Source of the DNA: Azolla caroliniana
Taxonomy: Eukaryota; Plantae; Polypodiophyta
Length of the DNA stretch: 47,811 bases
Direction: 5' to 3'
NCBI GenBank assembly: GCA_043228905.1
Contig: JBHGNT010000230.1
Span: forward strand, 1 to 47,811
In this document: piece by piece, positions 1 through 12,756 of the stretch
How positions within the stretch are numbered: position 1 is the first letter of the stretch
How the letters are laid out: every line of letters begins with the position of its first letter
Position numbers and translations under genes: made by a program
The notes under the pieces: model-generated
Told to the model about the DNA's origin: nothing
Database searches by the model: none
The model's input: the letters and a program-made list of their open reading frames with translations, nothing else

Positions 1-439
1 AGCTAATACCACTTCTGTTGGTATGCATCCAAATGTTGAAGACACCCCCATCTCGAAGGTAAAAGGCTCTGTAGAAACCCACATAATGTTTTTATTTGTT
101 CATATGAATTTTATCAGCTCAGTGAAAGGTTTTCTTGTGTAGGGTGCTTTAGGGGCCTATAGTCTAGTATTTGATGCAGTGTACACACCCAGAGTAACTA
201 GATTGTTGAAAGAAGCAACAGAAGCCGGAGCAACCGTCGTCAGTGGACTTGAGATGTTCATTAGACAAGCTATTAATCAGTTCTCACACTTCACTGATAG
301 CCCTGGTATGTGTATTGAGTAACCAAATAAAGTAAATACATTTTTTCCAGTCTTTGGTTGAAGTACTAAAGGTTTTTTTTGCATGTTATGAACAGCTCCT
401 GAGCAAGTGATGAGGGAGATAATGATAAATTGTACTTGA
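1..439 (+). CDS. DHQD-SDH: 3' end (last 3 exons: <1-58, 143-305, 396-439) of bifunctional 3-dehydroquinate dehydratase/shikimate dehydrogenase, copy 1 (partial)
   Basis: Splicing at GT..AG gives ANTTSVGMHPNVEDTPISK|GALGAYSLVFDAVYTPRVTRLLKEATEAGATVVSGLEMFIRQAINQFSHFTDSP|APEQVMREIMINCT*, a plant SDH C-terminus (VFDAVYTP, VSGxEMF). Intron positions and phases match copy 2. Confidence 0.93.
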
Positions 440-3400
440 AAGGATAGGTTTGAGAAAAGGAAGACCTTTGTTGTTTCTTTTGACCTAGCTTCCCGATTTT
501 ACCTTATGTCAGAAATAATATTGCTTGATATGTTTGTCACCCCAATGAAAAAGAAGTGATTTCTCAAGCAACAAGATTAAGGAAATGCTGTGTAATTCAC
601 TGATTGGTTTATGTGCTCGATTGATTTGCAAGCTCGTTTGAGTAATTGTGAGACGGAATTGGATCCTTAAAGTGGATAGTCTGAACATCCTTGGGAAATA
701 AAGATACGAGTCCTTGAGATCTGTTATTTAAGAATACATTTAAAAAAAAATCTGTCTAATGTGGAACCAAATTTGCAATAAAATAAGGCATCTTTACAAC
801 TCTCAGTAACCTTGTTAGTTAAAGATTATAAAGTTTATATCCTCATGGTTCTTATAGGGCCCAAAAGTATGCTTTTCATGGCTTTATCATAAAGTTTACC
901 TTTCAGTTGTTGAGGAACACAAGCATACAGCCATGCAACCAGAAGTTCAAGGATGTAGCATAGAAAGGCTTCTTACCATAGTAGGCTTCATATGGAACGA
1001 TGGTTGTCCATCATATCGTTGGACATCTATTCAATGCATAAGTTGCATGTACAATTGCACCCATTCATTACTTTTTAGACAAATCATTAGCTGTGATTAT
1101 GCATCTAATTGTCTTCGGTAAAGAATGATCCTTTCAACCACTGGCTTTAGAAGTTATATATTACAAGTACTGTTTTTATTTGCCTTCGATATTTGAAGTA
1201 TTGGAAGTTCACTTGGCCAATGTGTAAATCTTGCAAATATGAAGTTGCGTTCAAACCTTGCTTTCGTGCACCTATTGTTTACATGCATATGATGTTCATA
1301 TTTGTACATGTAAATATAATACTCGTATAGTGTAACAATTTCTGTACACTAGGATGTCTCACCATAGATGAAGGAAAAGTTTAGAACTAAGAAATGGGAC
1401 AATTGAATAGAGGGATTTATGGCATTATGTCAAAAGGCCCAAGGACGCTACAAAAGCTACAGAAGGCACTTTTTATTAGTAATTTAAGTTGCTACTTGAT
1501 GTTTTATAATTTTGCGATGAGTGCGTGTGTGCTGCTCAAGTGGAATTCAAAGGGCTTTAACTAGGGTGAGTGATGTGTGGGAAAACTTCTAAACCCCTTT
1601 GTGGGTTGCCTCAAGTAATTTTTTCTTTTTATGAAATAACATTGTTAGGATTGAAGATTTGATTGAAGTTGGTGTAAGACTCGAGTCAAGGAAAGCTAGG
1701 CTCAAATAAACGAAAGCTCAAGTTGAAGTAGATGAAAGCTAAGCTCAAATAGAGGAAAGCTCAGGTCCAACTCGGGGAAGCTTGGGCTCAAGTCAAGGAA
1801 ATCTTCTCCTTTCGTTGATGTCGTGAATCAACCTTTCTCTCTTAGGGAGAATAAGCTACAAAGTGTTAACCATAACCCTTTTAATATTCGTCAACATGTA
1901 AGTAGTGTAATTTTCAGGAACAAGGGAAGACGATGAATGTGGATACACTTACACCACTCGGCCTCTCCCTTGAGGAAGCAGAAATGCAAAGAACAACCAA
2001 ACGCCCTTGGATGTTGGACTTCAAACCAACTTGACGTGGAGTAGAAACGATTAAGAAGATAAGGGAACGTGAGCTACGCCGACTAGAAGCCATGGTTGGG
2101 GTACCTTCTACATTGGGATCACGTGGGACCACATCCACATCGAAACCCTTTGAGCTCTCACTTCTTTTCGAGAGACTTGGATGGAGATGAAACTAGGCCT
2201 AGTATAAAGCCATTTCATTGTAGAACATGTTTGTTATTTTACTAGAACTATTTAGCTTAAGCTCTATTTTTATTTTATTTTATTTTTACTTTCGATGAAT
2301 GGGTAAATATCCCATTTTGTCGTAAATCAATTGTCTCATGGGCCAATTTTGGCCTTAAAAGACGTTAATATATCTTTCTTTCTTTCTTTCTCTCTCTCTC
2401 TCTCTCACTATGGAAGTGCTCAAGCAATTACCCTAGGATTAGGGCTAAGTACACTTGTTTAGCACAACAAACTTTGTTTAAGACAACATCCATTAATTCC
2501 CGCACAAAAATAAATTTCCCTTTTCAAACCAAGGTTATTAAGGAATGATTACAAATGGGAAATATAAAGTGATGTTTACTAGGTATATATAGTTGCAAAG
2601 AAAGGGAGTAAACAAGGAGAAATGATGTTTTTGTGGCCCGACCTCACAAGTAAGGATAATTGCACCTTTTGTTATTGTGACTTTCCACTCCCTCTTTTGC
2701 ATCCTCCTTTCTTCATCTTTCTCCCGTTTCTTTGAGGAAGAAGTGCCCAACAAACAACCTCGATAAAGAATAAAGAAGGAATGTTGCCCAATAGCCACTC
2801 TCACACCATACACAAGAACCCTAAACTCAAGAGGATGAAGAAGAAAACAAAAAAGCCTCACAAACCCTAAAATCAGAACATAAATAATTTCTAAGACCTT
2901 TGAGCAACCAAACCCCTTAGGGCCCTCAACTCCCCTTCTTATAGTGGAAGAAAAAGCTAACCCATTGCATTAAATACTCCACCTCCATAAAAAGGCCAAA
3001 AAAGAGGTAGTTAATGCCCCATGCATACAAAGATTCTAACCATACAATGGCTCTTACACAATCAAATGCCTTAAACATTAGGACATTAATTATCTATCAT
3101 TTAGATATTGCCATTTATTTTTACACCTATTTTTCGCCTCATTTCCCACCATTCTATCTTATCACAACAATGTACCTTAGAGCTTAATCCTCTTGTAACA
3201 TGCTTATCTCTCGTTGGTTATAACTCCAACCATTTAACCTAATTTCACCTTAAGTCTTAATAGTAAGTATGTAGTGTTTAGGTTGCTTGTTATAACTTTG
3301 GAAGAGTGACATCTTGTTCTTCAATTGAGTGTTAGCTTCATGTTTTTATTGTCTTTTATGTTAAGCAATTTAACATCTCTATTTAAGTCATTAAGCTTGC

Positions 3401-6400
3401 TTGATTAAGTCTTGACCTCTTGAGTGTAAATGCTAAGTTTAGAGTTTGTTTGCTTGCTTACCAATATTTGCTAATAGGCTTAGGAGTGGATTGACACCCA
3501 CCCTAAACCCTAAACAATAGAGTAGAAGTTGTCCCTACCTCATATATATTGGTCCTAAGTTAGCTAGATAATATTGATTAGTGCAACATGAGGTAACTGC
3601 TAAATTTCTCATAATCGGCATTGTGGTCAGGGGCTTGGGGAATTCTTGTAGCCTTGACAAAGAAATCCTTTTGAGTGTATAAGAAGCACTGAGATAAAAA
3701 GAGGCCTCAAGAAGCTCTCTAACATTATTGGCCTAAGTTTCTCCCTCGTACAATTAATTGTGTGATTATAGTTTTGCATTCACTGATTAGTCCAATTACA
3801 TTATGTAATTTTCACATATTAGAATTATTATTATGATTATGATTATTATTATTTGTTCTTGTCTATCTTTTCACCTAAGCTATATTCATATTTGTTTTCA
3901 ACAACAAGAAAATGAAATATTGCTAAAAACAATTCGAATGTAATTCTCTACAAAACTCCTTTTCCCCACATTACTAAAGGTAGTTTTCTTTAACTAAAAA
4001 CAAATAGAATATCATTTTTTGAAAGCAAGCAAACTTTTTTGTGATAAAAGAAAACTACTCTCTTTTTACAATGCTCAAGTACATAGTTTTGAGTTTATTT
4101 GAGTAAAAATATATTATAAGTGGAAATCGAAATTATGAACACAATTATCACATGCTTAAGAAAGAGGAACAAACCCAAGGCATTATGTCGAAATGTAGCA
4201 TGTTACTGCTTTTGCAGGTATGATGCATTCAAGAACAATCACCAGTGACCACCATTACAAGGGGATGGAGTACATTCTGGTGATAAATCTCTTGATGAAT
4301 CATGTGAATACGCACTTCAACTAGGTTGAATTCACACTGAATTTCAAGGGAAGACACAAAATTTAAGTTCAATTTGTTCTACTCAATAACTTAAAAGTCC
4401 CACATTTTAAATACTCACTCAGGATGATCCACCTTTTGTACTTATGTTTTGATTCCCAAACATGTAGAAAAAACATATTTCCTTTATATGAGCTTATAAA
4501 GAGAGTAGTTACTAGTGAAAATACATATGTTAAAACTTAAAAGTATTAATGATTGTGTATGTTATTTCCTACTTGTCATTATCACAGTAAAATAGACAAA
4601 AATCCAACTTGGAAATTCAAGTAAAATGGGATGTTCTTTTTCATCGGTACCAAGATGGAGGCTTCTAGTACAAATTCTTTGTAAATGTGAAAAACATGTG
4701 CTTCAAAAAGCTTCAAATTTTATTGGTCTTGTTTTTGTTGATTTCGAATATTACATGTAAATGGCATGTAGGGATGGAGTTACACCTATGGAATAGATCA
4801 ACACTCTACTGAACAAACCAAATACTTTTCGATCATAGCAATCAAATTTCTTAAATTGTGTGAACAAGACACAAGGCCCAATGTGACATAATGGATCTAG
4901 AAACTAAATAGAGGAAGAGATAGATTTCTTTTTAATGTCCACAAGAGATTGACTGCGAGAAAATGTTTAACAATTAGGTATCACTTAATAGAGGCGTATC
5001 ATGTATGATTGGCTCCTATTGCCTACCTTAGTTTTAAGGTTTTTTTTCTTATCATGAATGTCATGATAATATCAAAATATGAATAATAAATATTAGTGTT
5101 ACGATTAAGAGCTTTTAACGAAGAGCACATACCTACTAAAGAGTCTAATACTTGGTAAGGAGGGCAAATTAACTTACTCTTCTTCCTTTATATAAAGTTC
5201 TCTTCCCCTAGATAAGCTTCCCTTGCTTTCTTTTTTATGCTTTTTACCAAGAAGAGAAAAGGAACTTCATATTAAGTCAAAAGTTAGCAACAAAGATGTG
5301 GTAAGGAGGGCAATGACCTCTTGATTGACATCAAACATAAAAGTTCCTTGCATCTCTTTGTATCTTCTAACTTCTTTCCATATTTTGTTTTCTCTCTCCT
5401 CGAGTTCTACAAAGTTAGCATCTTCCCGTGAAGCAAGAATCTAGGGCTAGAACTCCTCCACACCTCGTTTTACTACCATGACTTTATGGTGTAGCAAAAA
5501 TATCTATGTCCATGCACAGGTTATAACGTCATTTATGCTCATAAAAAACATATTATTTCTATTGAGACATATTGGCAAATAAATAGTTTGATATAAGTAT
5601 TTGTAGAGTATGGGGAGGGATTATAGTGAGCTTTTTGGAAACAAAAGCTCATCTAAGAGAGGTAGTGTTATCAAACATCTACTATATAAGTTCCTAGTTC
5701 CCATTTGATCTAGGTATATGCCTATTATGGTGAGGGATATTTGGCTTTTCAAGTTGGGGATCAAAAACAAAAGTTCTTCAATCGTAGGCAATATTAACAA
5801 ACACCCTACTCTATCATGTTCACTCTAGAGAAATTGATAAGATATGTAAAGGTTTCATATTTTGGTAATTGTTTGACTGAAGGAAAGCAGAGATTATGCT
5901 TCGCATCGTTGCCAGGTTCGAAGTAATTCGATTATATATATAGAAAAATCAAGTTCTCGTAATTTCCAACTTTAAGATTTTCTTAGAAAGAGCAAAGCTT
6001 TATTGAAATGATAGCAAAATTTGGGCATGTTACCTCGTGTTACGTTTGAATTTAAGACAGCAAAGGGATCTATTTGGTACAACACATCAAGTAGAAACGC
6101 GTTAAAAGCAAATAAAAATAGAAATCGAGACACAAACACAAACCCCAAAAATGTCTTTTGTACCTTATCGATGAAATTTGTACGATTTTTTTAGCACTTA
6201 CGGGTGGTCGATAATTAGCTAAAGAACACCTTTGACTCTTGAGGTGCCCTACTTTTTTTGCCCAAGAAAATTACTAAATTACTATTAGGAATGCCCTAAG
6301 GCTACACATGAAATATGTACATATAGGAAATTACCACCGGATTTTGATTAAGGTTAAGTTCTAACTATCAACATAAAAAAATACTTTGGGGTGGAGTAAA

Positions 6401-7069
6401 GCCACTCCACCTTGGCAATTTTCCTCTTATAAAATATTCCTTTGTTCCATGCAGCATGAAACTCCAATCTTTGTAACTCTCCCTATTGCATATTACATTT
6501 TAGGTTATGCAGAGACCCTATGAGATTATGCACAATCTTTGTCCAAATCCTAGTAATTATCTAAGTAGGTCTTTGTCACATTCTGGAATACCTTCAAAGA
6601 AAAATGATAATGGCAATTTGCATTGCTTTCCAATCACATGACATTGTTGGTGTGCAACCATTAAAAGAAGACTATGAATGATTATCAAGGTTGGTCATAC
6701 AATTAAATTTACAAAGAGACGATGAATGATTGTTAAGAACAACAATAATTAAGAGTAATAAATTATATTGGATTCACAAAAGGCCAAATAAATATAGTTA
6801 AGGCAAGTGGCATATGGGCGAGACAAGTTAAGGTCAATGGGTTTACGTTGTTCCATTTGGTATTGGAGTGACCCATCTTTAAATATGGACAATAGATGGC
6901 TTCCTAAGATAGAAACCCAAACAAAATAGGTCCTCAAATGTCCATACCATTCTTGAAAGAAATGGTACTATTTGCCTAAGGTATCATATAGTATACAATA
7001 CATATACACATGTAATGTTCCTCTAACTCAGTGTCCCACACATAACTAGCATGTTATGTTATTCATACC

Positions 7070-7372
7070 ATGGTATGAAGCATACGTACCATTCGTGCAT
7101 TCTCATTCGCGAACATTCTTAACATTTGCATATGAAAAACACCCTTGAGGTATATATGGTAAATACCATACTTTTGCACTCATTATTTATTAGAATGCAC
7201 GAATGGTACGTATGCTTCATAAGGTAAATTCTTTTTAGGGTAAGAAATTTAAGGTAAGTTAAGGTAAAAGTGTAAAAGAAAACACAAGAATGTTTTAATA
7301 ACATACGCATTCGTTTGCACACGTATGAAAATGAATGTTCGGGCTAATGAACACGAATATTACTTATTATGA
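7070..7372. mobile_element. MITE-like dispersed repeat, copy A, containing a perfect 30-bp inverted repeat
   Basis: 7074-7103 (tatgaagcatacgtaccattcgtgcattct) is the exact reverse complement of 7192-7221. Colinear similarity to 17795-18066 (gaaaaacaccct, aaataccatactttt, aacacaagaatgtt, cgcattcgttt). Confidence 0.6.
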
Positions 7373-7642
7373 TCCATACTATTAGGTGCATGTTTGTTCA
7401 ATAGTCACGCATTAGGACATGCATAGATGTGTACATATCCATATGTCTATAGTCAAATGGTATGGTGAATCCAACATTGGAGAAAGCGGATACAATAAGA
7501 TGAAAGAACACGGATGACTAAACAAACACGAGTGTTCTCAATGTCTCAATAGTAACGAGAGAAAAGGAATGGAGCCCATGCTACAAGTGAGGTGTGTGTG
7601 AAAACAATGAAATAATCTATCCATGCCTACACACTGTAATGT

Positions 7643-7697
7643 GGGGATGGGCATTGGGCAGGGCAGGGCAGGGCAGGGCAGGGGGGGGGGGGGGGGG
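7643..7697 (+). repeat. (GGGCA)n tract plus G17 run upstream of DHQD-SDH copy 2
   Basis: ggggatgggcatt(gggca)5 followed by 17 G at 7681-7697. Confidence 0.85.
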
Positions 7698-8031
7698 AGT
7701 AAGTAAAAACCAGGAATCTCTCTCTCTAAACCTCAGTAAAAGTAGTAGGAGTAGGAGTAGGAATAGGAGTACTCAGAGTAGTAGCTGAGGAAGAGGAGGA
7801 GGAAGAAGAAGAATCTATGGGGCAACTCTCACATGATTGCAGATAGCTTAAGCCTTAGATATAGGGTGGGGAGAGACCAACCAATATCATCTCATATCCT
7901 CTGTAGATACATACATACTGATACAACCATATCACACACCATCAGATCCTTCCAACCATCCATCCATCCTTTCACCCATTCCCCATTGCATTGCAATCAT
8001 AGTAAAATCCCACATCCATCCAGATTTTTCC

Positions 8032-8950
8032 ATGGCCCAGCAGCTTGAATGCCATGTTTGTGTTCCCTTGCTTGCCCCCACCATTCCTGAGATGTTGCAG
8101 CAGATGCATAAGGCTTGTGACGAGGGCGCGGACATGGTCGAGTTCCGTCTCGACCACCTCCATCTCCCTGACCTCCACCTAACCCCCTCTCAATACCTCC
8201 CTTTGCTCCTCCGATCCCGCCCTGTGCCTGCCATTGTCACCTACAGGTACCTCCCTCCCTCCCTCAATTCAAAAACCAGCCAAGCATACATTCATACATA
8301 CATACATGTACATACATCTCCCATTGATACATATTATGATATAGCTTCTTGGTGGGTTTATATGCAGGCCTCAATGGGGTGGGGGCCAATACAATGGTGA
8401 TGAATCCCTGCGCCTAGAAGCCCTCCGATTGGCTTTTACACTCGGGGCTGATTTTATTGATGTCGAATTAGAAGTAATGTTTTCTGACTTCTTCGTTGTC
8501 ATCGTCCTCCTTTATGCATTTGATATCTATACCAAGAAGAAGAAATGCCAGACTATCGATGTTTGTTTTGCCCTATAGATTATTTTGTGCAAGACTTATG
8601 TGCTTCATCCATAATAAAGCAGCATTACTGCTTCTTGTGTGTTCATGGTATGTTTAGGTGGCTTCGCGCTTTGTCGAGGGCCTTGACCGGAGCCTCAGTG
8701 ATTGCAAGATCATAGTTTCAGACCACAATTTCGAAGAGACTCCATCGCGAGAGGAGCTTGGATCATTGGTTGCAAGGATCCAATCGACGGGAGCAGATAT
8801 TGTTAAGGTTGTGACAACTGCAAAGAAGATTACGGATGTGGCGGCCGTGTTTAGCATTCTTACCAGCTCCCAGGTACACACATTCATCTCTTTACTCATC
8901 ATCATTGTCATTGTCATTGTCGTCCACATCATAATCATCATCATAATACC

Positions 8951-8981
<31 letters not shown>

Positions 8982-11900
8982 CAAGAAGAGGATAGAGAGA
9001 TTGTTTTTTGTGGTCCACAAACAGGGAGCCATGCTGGGTTAAGTTCAACAGCTTTTTACAAGTCTAAGCAGAAAAGAAAGGTCATCCTTTCTTAGTTCAA
9101 TTGTAGCACAAAATGCCCATTTGACCCAACCCGAGTTCCAACACATACATGTCCATTTGCCCCATTCTATTCCAAAGTGATGGCCGGCAACATGGCCATT
9201 GAGCAATCATCATTTCTTCTGACCAAATCTGGGCAGTAATTTCTTCTTCTTCTTATCTTTGTGTGTGTCTGTGTGGGGCTCTTTGCTTTTCTGTGGGCAC
9301 CTTTTGTATTATTTTTGGTGGACACTCCCCTCCCTATCTTCTACTAGGCCTCAGGATAAATATCTTATTTGTTATTTTTTGACTTTAAACCTAGGGGTCA
9401 TGGAAAGTGAGTTTGTAGTTTTTGGTAGCAACTTGGGCCTCGGAAAGCGGATCTGTAAAGCAATTATCTTTTAGGAGTTGTCATACTTGGAGGCTCGCGA
9501 AAGTAGTTGTTGTAAGGATGCTTTCCCTATGTGTTTACATGGGATGGGGTTGGGGAAAGTGGAATTGTGAAGGTAATGAATCCGAGTTTTTTATTACTCG
9601 AGGTTGTGGTAAGTTAAGACACGAGTAAGGTAGGCTTTTTGGTCTTTTTTTTTCCGCGACGAATGAATATAAGATTAGAGCCCCTTTAGGATTTGGGTTT
9701 TGTAATGACTCACTGACTACTCTTTTGGGTGGACCCAAGTTCGATCCTTTCGTCTCATAGATCGCAAAGCGGTTCTCCTCTCGACAGTAAAAAGATATGT
9801 ATGTATCTTCATGAATGAATGAAAGGAATGAAAGTTATTTAGCTTATGACAGCATATTAGTTAGTTTGTCATTAGTGGGGCAAGACCCCTTCCCTTTCTA
9901 GATTTGAACCCACGACATGTTTGTTGAGCCTTCACACCAATTACAATGAATGTATGAATTGAACGCTCCAGAGAAGGAAGGAAGGTCTTCTGCGCTTTCT
10001 GATGCATACATATCCTCAAGCTTTCCATCATTCTTCTTTGTCTACTAATTCATGGTGCATGCACACTGATTCTATAAAGCCCTGCTTTCGGCTGGCTGCG
10101 TGAGCCTTCATTCAGCCTCTAATGAATAAATGTTAAGTGCATGAAAAAACTGGTGTTTCTACATTTGTTTTTAATCTGTGTTCTGCTGCTTTTGTCCATG
10201 CATTTGTTTCACAGTCTTTCACACAGCAACAAACTGTTCCTGGACTCCATCGCCTGTATGTTAGGATTTGCCATGATTTAAGAGTTGTTTTTAACCAGAG
10301 ATTCTTGCTTTTGACCTACGTCAGTAATACATACACGTTCCTGAATCACAGGTGCCTACAATTGCGTTGGCTATGGGTGAATATGGTCTGATAAGCCGAC
10401 TTCTGGCCCCCAAATTTGGTGGATTCCTCACATTTGGCTCGCTTGAAACTGGTAAAGAATCTGCCCCCGGGCAGCTGACGGTATCAGAGCTTCAGAACAT
10501 ATATGGGCTGAGAAGAGCTGGCAGAGACACGGAGATTTTCGGCATCATTGGACGATTTGTTGGCTATAGCAAATCACCCATCATACATAACAAGTTTTTC
10601 CAGAAAATTGGCTATGACGGCATCTATGTGCCATTCCTCGCAGATGACATAGTCGATTTTTTCAATGTCTATCACGTGTCAATGTTTTCAGGATTCAGGT
10701 TATACAACTTATCATATCACATAAAGACGACAAGCATCTGTGTGAAATCAATGCATGTAAATACAATTTATCATATATAATTTAAAGCATATACAATTTA
10801 TCATATCACATAAAGCCGACAAACATCTGTGTAAAATCGAAGCATGTAAATACGAAAAATTGCACACTACCTTTTGTGCATCATCAAGCCACTAATATCA
10901 TCCTCTAATTATGTGTGAATTATGCACTATTTTAATGTCCCACAGTACCGAAAATTTTAGCTCTATGGTGATTATGAGTGTGCAGAACCATCATGCTTGA
11001 GGAGTGTTGGAAACTAAACATTCATTTGGTTTTGCTTCTAGTATCTCAATTCCATACAAGGAGGCTGCTTTGGCTTATTGTGATGAAGTTGAACCTCTTG
11101 CCAAGGTAAGCCCTGCAACCCAAAGATGAGTTTCATGAATTGCAGCGTGTCTTAAACTACTTAAAATTTATGTTATTTGCTGTGCTCTCGGTATCTGCTT
11201 TTACAGGCTATAGGTGCTGTGAATACAATAGCAAGAAGAAAAAGTGATGGAAAGTTGGTGGGGTATAATACTGACTGTGACGCTGCCATCACAGCTATTG
11301 AGGAAGGTTTAAATGGTATATCGTTTGACATCAATAGTCCCACATTATTAACTTACAGATTTATTTCAGAACTTCTAGGCAAAGCCTCCTGCATGAGACA
11401 TCATTTGGCATTGATGGTCCCATATTATTGATCAATTGATGTAGAAAACTCCTAATTGATGTGTTGGCTATGAATAGGAGTGTCATTGGATGGGTACAGT
11501 TCATCTCCTCTCCCTATGTTTGATTCAGACCAAAATATCATATATGACTTGTGCTTTGTAAAACTGTTTTAGTGTTTTTTGTGAATGAATGAATGATGAG
11601 AATTGATGGGACAGGGCAGCAAAGCAACGGAAACAAGTCTCCACTGTTTGACAAATACTTCGTATTGATTGGAGCTGGAGGAGCAGCCAAAGCCCTTGCA
11701 TATGGAGCAAAGCAAAGGGGAGCCAGAGTTTTCATTGCGAATAGAAATCTTGGTATAGTCAAGGATATATAAATGTGTGCATTCATACACATATATGTAG
11801 TGGTAGGATGCCAAGTTTGTGTTGCACTCCTTTTTTCACTCTGCTTAGAATTGTGATTCTTTAACTTTAGAGAGAGCTCGTATACTTGCGGCAGCTGTGG

Positions 11901-12534
11901 ATGGAGAGGTGATGTCAATGGAGGAATTGAATGCATTCCAGCCTGCCACGGGAATGGTGTTAGCAAATACTACCCCCATTGGCATGCATCCAAATGCTGC
12001 AGATACACCCATTTTGAAGGTCACTTCTCTAAATTAACGTTTCAGTAAACACCTTTATCAAACTTCTTTCTGTGCGAAATGAATCTTGGGGGGTTGAGGG
12101 CCTCATACAACGCGTCATTGAGATACAATGACATGCGTTACGCTTTTTCTCAGCATATTAGATCTCAGAAATAAATGGGTGCATTTCATTATACATATTC
12201 ATTCTGATACTCAACAAGGTATGCCACTTGCAGGAGGCATTGAAGGCGTATAGCTTAGTGTTTGATGCTGTATACACACCTAAAATTACGAGACTGTTAA
12301 GGGAAGCTCATGAGGCTGGGATTACCGTTGTGAGTGGCGTGGAGATGTTCATCAGACAAGCTATTGAACAATTCTCGCATTTCGTGGGGCAACCTGGTAA
12401 AGTTATACATAAAACATACTAGTGTGTACTCACTTCAAGCATTACATGTAAACTGATGAATTTGTGCTAACTAATTCTTGCTTCTTGCAGTTCCTAAGCA
12501 AACATTAAGAGAAGTTATGATTAATGCCATGTGA
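8032..12534 (+). CDS. DHQD-SDH: Bifunctional DHQD-SDH/QDH family protein, copy 2, 10 exons (8032-8246, 8368-8473, 8658-8873, 10352-10698, 11042-11105, 11207-11315, 11615-11752, 11871-12019, 12234-12396, 12491-12534), about 516 aa
   Basis: Exons sum to 1551 nt in frame with canonical GT..AG introns. Type I DHQase motifs: GADMVEFRLD, IVTYR, SDHN, GADIVK, SAPGQ. SDH motifs: SKSP, IPYK, IGAVNTI, NTD, GAGGAA, NRN, VFDAVYTP, SGVEMF. Confidence 0.95.
8941..8980. repeat. (ATA)n microsatellite in intron 3
   Basis: aataataata... run, preceded by catcat/cattgt triplets. Confidence 0.85.
10701..10855. repeat. Imperfect ~90-bp tandem duplication at the start of intron 4
   Basis: atacaa(c/t)ttatcatatcacataaag(a/c)cgacaa(g/a)catctgtgt...catgtaaatac occurs at ~10702 and ~10791. 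Confidence 0.8.
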
Positions 12535-12708
12535 CCATGCGGAGGATGATTCCTTTGTAATTTAATGGCCTCAACATTAGAGGTTGTTTATCTGCTTTGT
12601 ACAGAAGCTAAAAGCATCACCTTGTTCCAGCTGAAATTAAGCGTGAATAGCATTTCAAACAGTGGTTATCTATGCAAAGATACGATATGTGGTTGCTGAA
12701 ACTCTAGC

Positions 12709-12713
<5 letters not shown>

Positions 12714-12756
<43 letters not shown>
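12714..12756. repeat. (CT)n microsatellite downstream of DHQD-SDH copy 2
   Basis: About 21 CT units. Confidence 0.9.

Noticed and set aside
2200-6900. Long AT-rich block with TE-like texture
   Set aside because: No LTR/TIR pair, TSD or recognisable domain found by eye; left unannotated.
8874-9095. Poly-Ile extension of the ORF at 8658-9095
   Set aside because: Read-through into the intron 3 microsatellite past a good GT donor at 8874.
9730-9930. B-box-like strings (gttcgatcc; minus-strand gggttcaaat) in intron 3
   Set aside because: No cloverleaf, A-box spacing, tail or TSD could be established, so no tRNA or SINE call.
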